This document shows, piece after piece, positions 6,218-13,379 of a DNA stretch of 13,379 bases. Location: NCBI GenBank assembly GCA_964510165.1, contig CAZEBC010000110.1, forward strand, positions 1 to 13,379. The letters are read 5' to 3'. The notes under the pieces were generated by a model that worked only from the letters and a program-made list of their open reading frames with translations, did not search any database and was not told the DNA's origin. Source of the DNA: an uncultured bacterium. GTDB lineage: Bacteria > Abyssobacteria > SURF-5. The position numbers were made by a program, and so were the translations under genes. Positions within the stretch are counted from its first letter, which is position 1, and each line of letters begins with the position of its first letter.

Positions 6218-8332
6218 CTACAAATACCCCAGCGCTTTCAGCAGATCAATAGTGTCCTGACCGTAATCGGTCTTCTTGTTGGTGCGTGTGAAGGCCTCTT
6301 CGACCAGCGGCAGTAGCGTTGGCAACCCGGCCGAATCCGTTCCTGCAAGATTGTTCGTTTCCAGGGGGTCACGTTGGAGGTCGTAGAATTCCATATGGTC
6401 GTGATACTTGATGAGCTTCTGGTCTTCCGTTCGCACGGATGCGCCGACGTCGGTCGGCATCCAGCCGGCCACTTCGGAGCATATGTGCCGGGAGTCGGAG
6501 CTGGCATCGCCTGAAACTATGAGCGGCGTGAGAGACCGCCCGTCAATATCTTTCGGACAATCAACCTTGAGCAGATCGAGTACAGTCGGCATGACATCGA
6601 GCAGCGCCACCTGCGATGAAATGACTCTGCCGGCCGGAATGACGCCCGGATAAACCATGATGAGCGGCACCCTCAGGACATCGTCGGTCAGTCTGTGACC
6701 ATGCCACACCCTGTTTCGTTCGGGGTCGAATCCTTCCCCGTGGTCCGACAAAAGAACGACAAGCGTGCTGTCCCGGAGCTTGAGCCGCACCAAGTCATCC
6801 AACAATCGCTCGAGTTCCTTGTCGGCATCCAGTATCTCGCCGTCGTACCACGCCACGATCTGGGCGATATCCATTTGCTTCCGGGGATATTCGGCCTCGT
6901 AGCGCAGGTTGACGCCCTCGAGAACTCCCTCATATCCGGGGTTGAACAAGTCCGCGTTCTCGCGCGCCTCTTTCCGGTTCAAGAAATAGTCATGAATCGA
7001 ATACGTGTGAAGGAACAAGAAGAACTTGCCCTCATGTCCATGTGCTTCGAGCCACTCACTGGCATTGCGCCGCTGAACCCCGAAAGGCGCGCGGGCATCA
7101 ACCAGGTTTGGGCCCCGGAAGCACCAATGGTTGAATCCATTCAGAAACCTCGCCGAAATGCCGTAGCGCCGCCCGAAACGCCGTATATGCAACAGCGACG
7201 TGAGCAGGCAATGCGACTGTCTCACTTCGTAAAGCTGTTCGCTTTGATCATCGAAGATGTCGAATCCGCTCCCGTATCGCGTTCTCGACAGGAAGTGACC
7301 TCCAGTGAAGCCCACTGCCCTGTATCCGGCGGCCTTCAGAAGTTCCGCCATGCTCGGATGTCCAGCGATTCTGTGGCCCTTGAGCCTGTAGGGAAGCAGA
7401 GAAGTGAATAGCGAGGAGTGCGAGGGAATGGTGGACGGCGCCTGCGAGATGGCATACTCAAATCTCACGCCTTGCGCCGCCAGCCGATCTATCGCAGGAC
7501 TGGTCTTCTTCTCATAACCGTAACAGGAAAGGTGATCCGCCCTGAGGGTATCAAGGGAAATCAGGATGATATTCGGACCATCGCGATTTTCCCGAGCCTC
7601 GGCGGCCGGGACATACGCCCGGCCGGACCCCCCGCTTTCCTCCTTGACGTACGCCACAAGGGCCAGCATGCCGGCTGCCGCACACGCGGCGACGATGCTC
7701 GGAATGAGCGAGCGCGATTTTTGTCCGCTCTCTTGAAACGGGGCCCCACGTTTCATCACCATGTGCGCGGTGAGGAGAAAGAACGCAGCGTACCATCCGT
7801 AGAAGAAAGGAAAATGGGTGAAGTTCGGACTCAACGCCAAATACAGCGAAAACCAGAGCATCGAGACCATCGGGAAAACGAACCAATATGTGAGGCTTGG
7901 CCATCCCCTTTCGCGTTCGTCGAGTGTTGGCCTCGCGTTGAGCCAGACCCATGCTACTGACGTGAGCGCCGCTATTACGCAATACAGGAGGAAGTTGAAG
8001 GCCCTCGTCCGATGGCTGTAGAGATATGTCTCCAGTATCCAATGAAATCCAAACAGAACGGGAAAGCCCAAGTAGATGGCCGCCACGACGGCGCGGCGCA
8101 AAGGCATACGGAGAATGCTCGATAGCGCAGCGCCTGCGCCTGCAATGAGGAGGAAGAAGACCAGGCCGAAACCCGCCTCGAAAGAAAACACCTTCACCGC
8201 GACATCCGCCGGGATATTCTTGCTCTTGACAACCGCGAACAACGTTTCGGTGAAGCTCAGCAGGATTGCCGCATAAAAGCAAACGCCGAAAACTTCCTTT
8301 ACTGTGCTTGCTGTTTCACGGGGCTGATTCAT
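6218..8332 (-). CDS. Sulfatase-like hydrolase/transferase (alkaline phosphatase superfamily) with a multi-TM N-terminal domain
   Basis: About 6 TM segments, then PNIILISLDTLRADHLSCYGY, APSTIPSHSSLFTS, FFLFLHTYSIH, YDGEI..D, LSDHGE, HGH, VPLIM, DVMPTVLDL, YDLQRDPLETNNL. ATG 8332 preferred over TTG 8377 and overlaps the upstream gene's 3' end by 17 nt. Confidence 0.9.
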   Translation of the reverse strand: MNQPRETASTVKEVFGVCFYAAILLSFTETLFAVVKSKNIPADVAVKVFSFEAGFGLVFFLLIAGAGAALSSILRMPLRRAVVAAIYLGFPVLFGFHWILETYLYSHRTRAFNFLLYCVIAALTSVAWVWLNARPTLDERERGWPSLTYWFVFPMVSMLWFSLYLALSPNFTHFPFFYGWYAAFFLLTAHMVMKRGAPFQESGQKSRSLIPSIVAACAAAGMLALVAYVKEESGGSGRAYVPAAEARENRDGPNIILISLDTLRADHLSCYGYEKKTSPAIDRLAAQGVRFEYAISQAPSTIPSHSSLFTSLLPYRLKGHRIAGHPSMAELLKAAGYRAVGFTGGHFLSRTRYGSGFDIFDDQSEQLYEVRQSHCLLTSLLHIRRFGRRYGISARFLNGFNHWCFRGPNLVDARAPFGVQRRNASEWLEAHGHEGKFFLFLHTYSIHDYFLNRKEARENADLFNPGYEGVLEGVNLRYEAEYPRKQMDIAQIVAWYDGEILDADKELERLLDDLVRLKLRDSTLVVLLSDHGEGFDPERNRVWHGHRLTDDVLRVPLIMVYPGVIPAGRVISSQVALLDVMPTVLDLLKVDCPKDIDGRSLTPLIVSGDASSDSRHICSEVAGWMPTDVGASVRTEDQKLIKYHDHMEFYDLQRDPLETNNLAGTDSAGLPTLLPLVEEAFTRTNKKTDYGQDTIDLLKALGYL

Positions 8333-10184
8333 GGTTTGACCTTGCCCGGTCGAGCGCCTCCCGCCTGCCCTTGCCAAAATCGCTCACTACACCCACCGTC
8401 GCGTAGGATTCGTCTCCGGGATACACCATAAAGCCGCTGCCCACGTCATCATGCTTTCGCAGCGTCAGGGCCGAATGGGGAAAAGGGGTGCACGGGAGAG
8501 GCGCCTGCCAGCACTGTTCGCCTTCCGCCGGAGTATAGACGACGAGTCCGGAATCGGTCTCGAACCTTTTCATGGGAACCGACGGCGTGGGGTTGAAGCC
8601 GCCGCCCTCCGTTGAGTACGCCAGGTTCAACCGCAATTGTTGTAACGCCGCCTGAAAGTCTCGGTCGCGTATCAAGACGCGGAAGAAGTCGCCCTCGCCA
8701 TGCACAAAGAACCGCAAGAACAGCAGTGCAGAACAAATGATGCTCAACAGCAGCAGTTCCCTGACGCTGCGTGTGTGGTACACTGCCAGTGTAAGCGCGC
8801 CGGCGCTCAGTATCCAGAAAGCCGCGCCTGCGAACCTTGGGGCCGGCGCCGAAAAGAACCAGAAGGCTGCGCTTGCAACCGCCGGTAAGAGCAAGAGCCA
8901 GATCGAGCCCAGTTCGCGAGATGCGAGTGGTTGACGGAACTTCCGGTAAAGGATTGCAATGGCAGCCACGGCGGCGAGACCCATCGGCGCGAAAACCGTG
9001 AGAGGGCCGTCCTTTGACGCCCAGCGCAGCCACGGCCAGACCCAGTTCCAATTTCCCAATACGTTTGACCAATGCGTGTAAGGCAATCGCGCCCACGACT
9101 TGATCCAGTTCATGGTGTTGATCACGGACGCGCGAGGAATCCGCCACTCCACCGGGAATGCGCCAAACGCGCTCGGATACAATGGGTAGCCGGTAAGCAC
9201 GACACTTCGTATTACCCACACTGCGAACGCGATAATCGCGCATGCGCTCATGCACGCGAGCAATCGCACCTGGCTCTTGCGGGGCACAGCGCCGCTCCCG
9301 AAAAACCAGACTCCGACCGCAAGCAGCACAGTCACGGCCCCCATTGCGATAAACGACAACTTCACAATGACGCCCGCAATGGAAAGCGTCGTGATAACGA
9401 AAATATCGTAATCGCTCCGTTCCCCAGCCGGTTTGCTCAGGAATGTGAGGAACCGTGACGCGAGCACCAGCCCCAGGATAAACACGGCAAAGTCGGGCGA
9501 GGGACTGGAGACATCCGAATCATACATCATCCTGACCAGCGGGAACAACAAGAAGGCCCGGAACAAGTGCTGTGGGCGGGGGCTTTCATCCTTCAGCGCT
9601 TGTCGAAGACCGGCGAAGATTTCCGCCGCCAACGCCAAAATCAGAAGCCCATTCACGAAATGATGCGCTTCGCCTCTGAACACCTCGAACAACGCGGCAT
9701 AAAGGAAATAGGCGCTGTTGAACGCCAAGTGGTTTTGCAGATTGCCGAGGCCCGGAACTATCGGGTATTGGGCTACCCATGCCACCGAGCTGAGATGGTA
9801 GAGCCCGCTATCGAAGTCTATCGGCGGCAGGACTGCGCGGTTGGATATTATTGCGGTCGCGATCAAGAAGAGGATAAGGTCCACGCCCGCGCGAGTCGTT
9901 TTTGGGGGCCACGTGAGCCGTCCCCTCCATGCGAGACTTGCCACGCCCAGCACCGCCACAAGGGCGAGAGCTTTTCCATCGACCTTCAAGAACAGATGCC
10001 AGATTTGAAGGATGAAGAGTGTCAACGCCCATCCGACCCAGAACAGTGAGAGCCAGCCCGGGACATCGCTGTTTCTCTTGCAGAAAAAGCCGGATGCCGC
10101 CAGTCCAACTCCGGCAAACATGAGGAACATAATGCCCCACGCGCTCAGGAGCAATGCCATAGGTTTCAACGGCAATAGTTCCAT
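8316..10184 (-). CDS. Polytopic membrane protein resembling the LIC_10190 family (possible GT-C-like transferase)
   Basis: About 13-14 hydrophobic segments; motifs DSGLYH..W...PIVPGLGNL..HLAFNS, SPSPD, VKLS, TGYPLYP, APAPRF and C-terminal CWQAPLPCTP, which I recognise from this uncharacterised family. Confidence 0.75.
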   Translation of the reverse strand: MELLPLKPMALLLSAWGIMFLMFAGVGLAASGFFCKRNSDVPGWLSLFWVGWALTLFILQIWHLFLKVDGKALALVAVLGVASLAWRGRLTWPPKTTRAGVDLILFLIATAIISNRAVLPPIDFDSGLYHLSSVAWVAQYPIVPGLGNLQNHLAFNSAYFLYAALFEVFRGEAHHFVNGLLILALAAEIFAGLRQALKDESPRPQHLFRAFLLFPLVRMMYDSDVSSPSPDFAVFILGLVLASRFLTFLSKPAGERSDYDIFVITTLSIAGVIVKLSFIAMGAVTVLLAVGVWFFGSGAVPRKSQVRLLACMSACAIIAFAVWVIRSVVLTGYPLYPSAFGAFPVEWRIPRASVINTMNWIKSWARLPYTHWSNVLGNWNWVWPWLRWASKDGPLTVFAPMGLAAVAAIAILYRKFRQPLASRELGSIWLLLLPAVASAAFWFFSAPAPRFAGAAFWILSAGALTLAVYHTRSVRELLLLSIICSALLFLRFFVHGEGDFFRVLIRDRDFQAALQQLRLNLAYSTEGGGFNPTPSVPMKRFETDSGLVVYTPAEGEQCWQAPLPCTPFPHSALTLRKHDDVGSGFMVYPGDESYATVGVVSDFGKGRREALDRARSNHESAP

Positions 10185-10191
10185 GGCGGCT

Positions 10192-10220
10192 AGTGTACTA
10201 TTTTCAGCTTGCAGAGTCCA
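10192..10220 (-). promoter_or_regulatory. Candidate sigma70 promoter giving a leaderless transcript
   Basis: Minus strand TGGACT (10220-10215), 17 nt, TACACT (10197-10192), then 7 nt (AGCCGCC) to the ATG at 10184. No SD sequence present. Confidence 0.5.
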
Positions 10221-10238
10221 TAGATCGGGAGAGCGATG

Positions 10239-10285
10239 ACGTTAAATTGGGGACACTATGCCGCATGATGTCCCCAATTTAACGT
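10239..10285. repeat. Perfect 17-bp inverted repeat with 13-nt loop (REP/MITE-like palindrome or terminator hairpin)
   Basis: ACGTTAAATTGGGGACA (10239-10255) and TGTCCCCAATTTAACGT (10269-10285) are exact reverse complements. Confidence 0.9.
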
Positions 10286-10337
10286 GAGAATCGCGAAGGA
10301 AGTTCATACTTTTCAACGTGATTAGTATGGTGTGAGG

Positions 10338-10353
10338 AAAAAGGCGTCCGCCT
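10338..10353 (-). terminator. Weak candidate intrinsic terminator at the porB stop
   Basis: Minus strand AGGC-GGAC-GCCT followed by TTTT. The stem is only 4 bp and overlaps the TAG stop. Confidence 0.2.
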
Positions 10354-11302
10354 ACTTGGTCGCCGCGCCGGGCCGCTCTTTCGTCTCGCCGCATTTCCAG
10401 AGCAGCCATTCCCATTTCCGGTCCACGTATTCCTGGAAGGCTCTGAGCATGTCGGCATTCTCGGGTTTGAAGAGGTGGTTGAAGCGGCCCTGTCCCTTAA
10501 GCCATTCTTCGACCGGCAGCTTTTCGGTCGGCTTGCGTGAGAGCTTGTACACGCCGTTTTCGACCTCGAAGAGGGGCCAGACGCAGGTATCTACCGCCAG
10601 TTTCGAATATTTGAGGGAATCGGCGGGGTCGATGCGCCATCCTCGATGGCAGCATGCGAGCACGTTCATGAATTTTGGGCCTGTAATTTTGAGCGCCCTT
10701 TCCACTTTCTTGTTGAGGTCGCGATAATAGCCGATGGAGGCCTGCGCGACATACGGGAGATCATGCGCAACCATGATCTGGGTGAGGTCTTTTTGGAACT
10801 GCTGTTTGCCGGCGATCTTGATGCCTGCCGGAGTGGTGCTCGTGGCCGCGCCGAACGGGGTGGAACTGGAGCGCTGGATTCCAGTGTTCATGTAACCTTG
10901 GTTATCATAGCACAGGTACAGCATATTGTGGCCGCGCTCCATCGCGCCCGACAGTGACTGGAACCCGATATCGTATGTGCCGCCGTCGCCCCCGAATGCG
11001 ATGAAATTGTATTCAGTGTTGAGCTTGCCCTTCTTTTTCAAGGCGCGATAGGCGGTCTCGACGCCTGAGATGGTGGCGGCAACGTTTTCGAACGCGTTGT
11101 GGATGAACGAGCTTCGCCACGCGGTGTACGGATATATCGTGGAGACCACTTCCATGCATCCGGTTGAGAGTCCGGCGACGAGATGTTTATCCACTGCCAG
11201 CGTGACCTGGCGCATGGTTATCGCCGGGGCACAGCCCGAACAGGCGCGGTGACCGGAGCAGAAGATGTTTTGTTTCTTTGTCAGGTCTTTCAGAGATGCC
11301 AT
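10352..11302 (-). CDS. porB: Pyruvate/2-oxoacid:ferredoxin oxidoreductase beta subunit (TPP-binding)
   Basis: GHRACSGC, TGCMEV, HNAFEN, TPP motif GGDGGTYDIG..YDNQGYMNTGIQRS, CHRGW. SD AGGTGA. Confidence 0.95.
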   Translation of the reverse strand: MASLKDLTKKQNIFCSGHRACSGCAPAITMRQVTLAVDKHLVAGLSTGCMEVVSTIYPYTAWRSSFIHNAFENVAATISGVETAYRALKKKGKLNTEYNFIAFGGDGGTYDIGFQSLSGAMERGHNMLYLCYDNQGYMNTGIQRSSSTPFGAATSTTPAGIKIAGKQQFQKDLTQIMVAHDLPYVAQASIGYYRDLNKKVERALKITGPKFMNVLACCHRGWRIDPADSLKYSKLAVDTCVWPLFEVENGVYKLSRKPTEKLPVEEWLKGQGRFNHLFKPENADMLRAFQEYVDRKWEWLLWKCGETKERPGAATK

Positions 11303-11337
11303 GTAATCACCTTTGTTGGTTCTGCGTTAGTTGAGCG

Positions 11338-11360
11338 GGGCACGACGCGCCGTGCCCTAC
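11338..11360 (-). repeat. GTAG-type REP-like palindrome between porA and porB
   Basis: Minus strand GTAGGGCACG-GCGCGT-CGTGCCC: GTAG tetranucleotide at the foot of a GGGCACG/CGTGCCC stem. Confidence 0.65.
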
Positions 11361-11372
11361 AGATGTTTTGAA

Positions 11373-12551
11373 TCATTCCCTGAGACCCAGGTATCTCATT
11401 TTCGGGTCGGCCTTGCCTTCGAGCAGGTCGCTGTAGGCCGATTCCACCATGGCGGGCATCAGGTCGCGGCCGCCGAGTCCATATATATAGTTGTAAATCG
11501 GGATATTCTTTCCGTACATGGACGAGCGGACCTCAAGATAAACCGGTCCGCCTTGAGCCCCAAACGAGACGCTTCGGTCCAGCACGGCGGCCACCTTCAG
11601 GTGGCTGAGCGCCTCAGCCATCTCTTCGTGCGGGAACGGGCGGAACACCCTGAGCTTGATCATGCCGGCCTTTACGCCGCGCTCGCGCAGGTGGTCAACC
11701 ACTTCCTTGGTGGTGCCGGCGGCGGAGCCCAATACGACGAGAGCGACCTCGGCGCCGTCCATCCGATAGTCTTCGAAGAAGCTGTAGCGCCTGCCGGTGA
11801 GCTCATAGTATTCGTCCGCGACTTCCTGGATCACACGCGGGGCGTTGTACATGCCCTCGATCTGCTGGCGTTTGTGCTCGAAATAATAGTCCTGGAGGTC
11901 GAGCGCGCCCATCGTCATCGGCTGTTCGGGATTGAGAAGGGTGTACAGCGGTTCATAATTGCCGACGAACTTTTTCGCGGTCTCGTTGTCCAGAACCTCA
12001 AGGACTTCGGTGGTGTGACTGATGATGAACCCGTCGAGCGTGAGCATGGTGGGGAGCATGACGTCGCGGTGCTCGGCGATGCGGAACGCTTGCAGCGTAT
12101 TGTCATACGCTTCCTGCGTGTTTTCAGAGAAAAGCTGTATCCAGCCTGCATCGCGCGCGCCCATCGTGTCGCTGTGGTCGCAGTGGATATTGAGAGGACC
12201 GCTGAGGGCGCGATTAACGACGGCCATCACAATGGGAAGCCTGAGGCCGGAAGCGATGTAGAGAACCTCCCACATGAGGGCCAAGCCGTTGGCCGAGGTG
12301 GCGGTGACGGCGCGCACCCCGCCGGCGGCGGCGCCGACCGCGGCGCTCATGGCGCTGTGTTCCGACTCGACGGCTATCATTTCGGTGTCGGCTTTGCCGT
12401 CGTACACAAACTCTGAAAACTTGTGCATCAATTCGGTCTGCGGCGTGATGGGATACACAGAGGCCACATCGGGATTGACTTGTCGCAGCGCTTCGGCAAC
12501 CGCCTCGTTTCCGGTGAGCGCCAGTCGTATCGCTTTCTGTCGTTTTGCCAT
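11373..12551 (-). CDS. porA: Pyruvate/2-oxoacid:ferredoxin oxidoreductase alpha subunit
   Basis: TGNEAVA, YPITPQT, VESEHSAMSA, TATSANGL, VNRALSGPLNIHCDHSD, DGFIISH, LRVFRPFP, YGLGGRD. ATG 12551 has GGAG upstream. Confidence 0.96.
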   Translation of the reverse strand: MAKRQKAIRLALTGNEAVAEALRQVNPDVASVYPITPQTELMHKFSEFVYDGKADTEMIAVESEHSAMSAAVGAAAGGVRAVTATSANGLALMWEVLYIASGLRLPIVMAVVNRALSGPLNIHCDHSDTMGARDAGWIQLFSENTQEAYDNTLQAFRIAEHRDVMLPTMLTLDGFIISHTTEVLEVLDNETAKKFVGNYEPLYTLLNPEQPMTMGALDLQDYYFEHKRQQIEGMYNAPRVIQEVADEYYELTGRRYSFFEDYRMDGAEVALVVLGSAAGTTKEVVDHLRERGVKAGMIKLRVFRPFPHEEMAEALSHLKVAAVLDRSVSFGAQGGPVYLEVRSSMYGKNIPIYNYIYGLGGRDLMPAMVESAYSDLLEGKADPKMRYLGLRE

Positions 12552-12564
12552 GTGCAACTCCGAA

Positions 12565-12864
12565 TTAGTCTTCGAATTCCGATTCCGGTTTCATTGTGAT
12601 GGCGCCGACCTTCGGCGGGCACACTTTCGCGCAGATACCGCAGCCCTTGCAATGCATCCAATCGAACCCCTTGAACTTGCCTTCCTCGGCCAGTATCGCG
12701 CTGTCGGGGCAGCAGAACCAGCAGTCGAGGCAGTCAATGCATTTATCGCGGTCATGGACGGGCCTGAACGAGCGCCAGGAACCTGTCTCATAATCGAACG
12801 CGGTGCCGCCGTGCGGGATGACGCCGCCAATGGGGATATCTTTCCAGCCTTTCAGTGCGCTCAT
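12565..12864 (-). CDS. porD: Pyruvate/2-oxoacid:ferredoxin oxidoreductase delta subunit (2x[4Fe-4S])
   Basis: TGSWRSFRP, CIDCLDCWFCCP and CKGCGICAKVCP. Start overlaps the gamma-subunit stop (ATGA, 12864-12861). Confidence 0.95.
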   Translation of the reverse strand: MSALKGWKDIPIGGVIPHGGTAFDYETGSWRSFRPVHDRDKCIDCLDCWFCCPDSAILAEEGKFKGFDWMHCKGCGICAKVCPPKVGAITMKPESEFED

Positions 12865-13379
12865 GCTTGCTGCACCTCCTCGTAGGCGCGTTTGATGGCG
12901 CGGAGGTTTCCCTCGACAACCTGTTTGCGGAACTTTTTCTCGAACTTCTTGGTGATGTCCTTAAGCAGGACGTCGAGCGAGATGGTGTCGGTGACCTTCA
13001 CAAGCGCGCCGAGCATGGGAGTGTTAGGGATCGGTCGTCCCAGCTCATCGAGCGCGATCTCAGACGCATTGACGATGTAGAGCTTCTTTCCCTTCCAGCT
13101 CAGCTTCGAGCGAATGGTCTTGCCGTCGAGCTTGGTGTTGACGATAACCGTACCGTTCTCGGACATGCCCTCGCACACATCCACGGTATCAAGGAGGGTG
13201 TCATCAAGGACAACGACGGTGTCGGGCTGCTCGATCGCACAGTGCAGCCGAATCGGGTGGTCGCTTATGCGGGTGAACCCCCTGATGGGGGCGCCCATGC
13301 GCTCGGGGCCGTAATCAGGGAATCCCTGACTGTATTTGCCGTCCTCGATGGCGGCTTCCGCCAGGAAGGTGGAAGCGGT
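12861..13379 (-). CDS. porC: Pyruvate/2-oxoacid:ferredoxin oxidoreductase gamma subunit (5' end outside the window)
   Basis: Frame is open to the window edge: TASTFLAEAAIEDGKYSQGFPDYGPERMGAPIRGFTRIS..PDTVVVLD..PNTPMLGA..NLRAIKRAYEE. The ORF-track start at 13298 is internal. Also called porG in some organisms. Confidence 0.95.
   Translation of the reverse strand, partial: TASTFLAEAAIEDGKYSQGFPDYGPERMGAPIRGFTRISDHPIRLHCAIEQPDTVVVLDDTLLDTVDVCEGMSENGTVIVNTKLDGKTIRSKLSWKGKKLYIVNASEIALDELGRPIPNTPMLGALVKVTDTISLDVLLKDITKKFEKKFRKQVVEGNLRAIKRAYEEVQQA

Noticed and set aside
7551..9255. 243-aa and 268-aa minus-strand ORFs (7551-8282, 8449-9255)
   Set aside because: Out-of-frame shadows of the membrane-protein genes with low-complexity Arg-rich composition.
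10305..10329. CATACT-N13-AGTATG inverted repeat
   Set aside because: Only 6-bp arms; plausible by chance, with no supporting context.
11331..12416. 361-aa + strand ORF (likewise 3660-4517, 6695-7411, 12274-12885)
   Set aside because: Antisense to well-supported genes; expected from codon bias in GC-rich DNA; no recognisable domains.
12861..13298. 145-aa gamma subunit as called by the ORF track
   Set aside because: The frame stays open to the window end with conserved upstream sequence (FPDYGPER), so this Met is internal.

Overview
GC-rich bacterial chromosomal window with no rRNA, tRNA, CRISPR array or intact mobile element that I can see. From left to right: the probable 3' end of glgC (+); a single-polypeptide CdaA-type diadenylate cyclase fused to CdaR/YbbR-like domains, with a non-canonical RHG motif (-); a Zn-ribbon class I SAM methyltransferase (+); a degenerate small membrane ORF and AT-rich regulatory patch; a secreted glucose/sorbosone dehydrogenase-family beta-propeller (-); a tightly coupled three-gene envelope-modification cluster (LIC_10190-like polytopic protein, Thr-nucleophile sulfatase-like hydrolase/transferase, ArnT/PMT-like glycosyltransferase; all -); and a four-subunit pyruvate/2-oxoacid:ferredoxin oxidoreductase operon in gamma-delta-alpha-beta order (-), truncated at the right edge. 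Several intergenic gaps hold small repetitive elements: two ~9-nt-period arrays, a perfect 17-bp inverted repeat and a GTAG-type REP-like palindrome. The best candidates for something new are the fused, variant c-di-AMP cyclase and the envelope cluster. All family calls come from motif recognition, not database searches.
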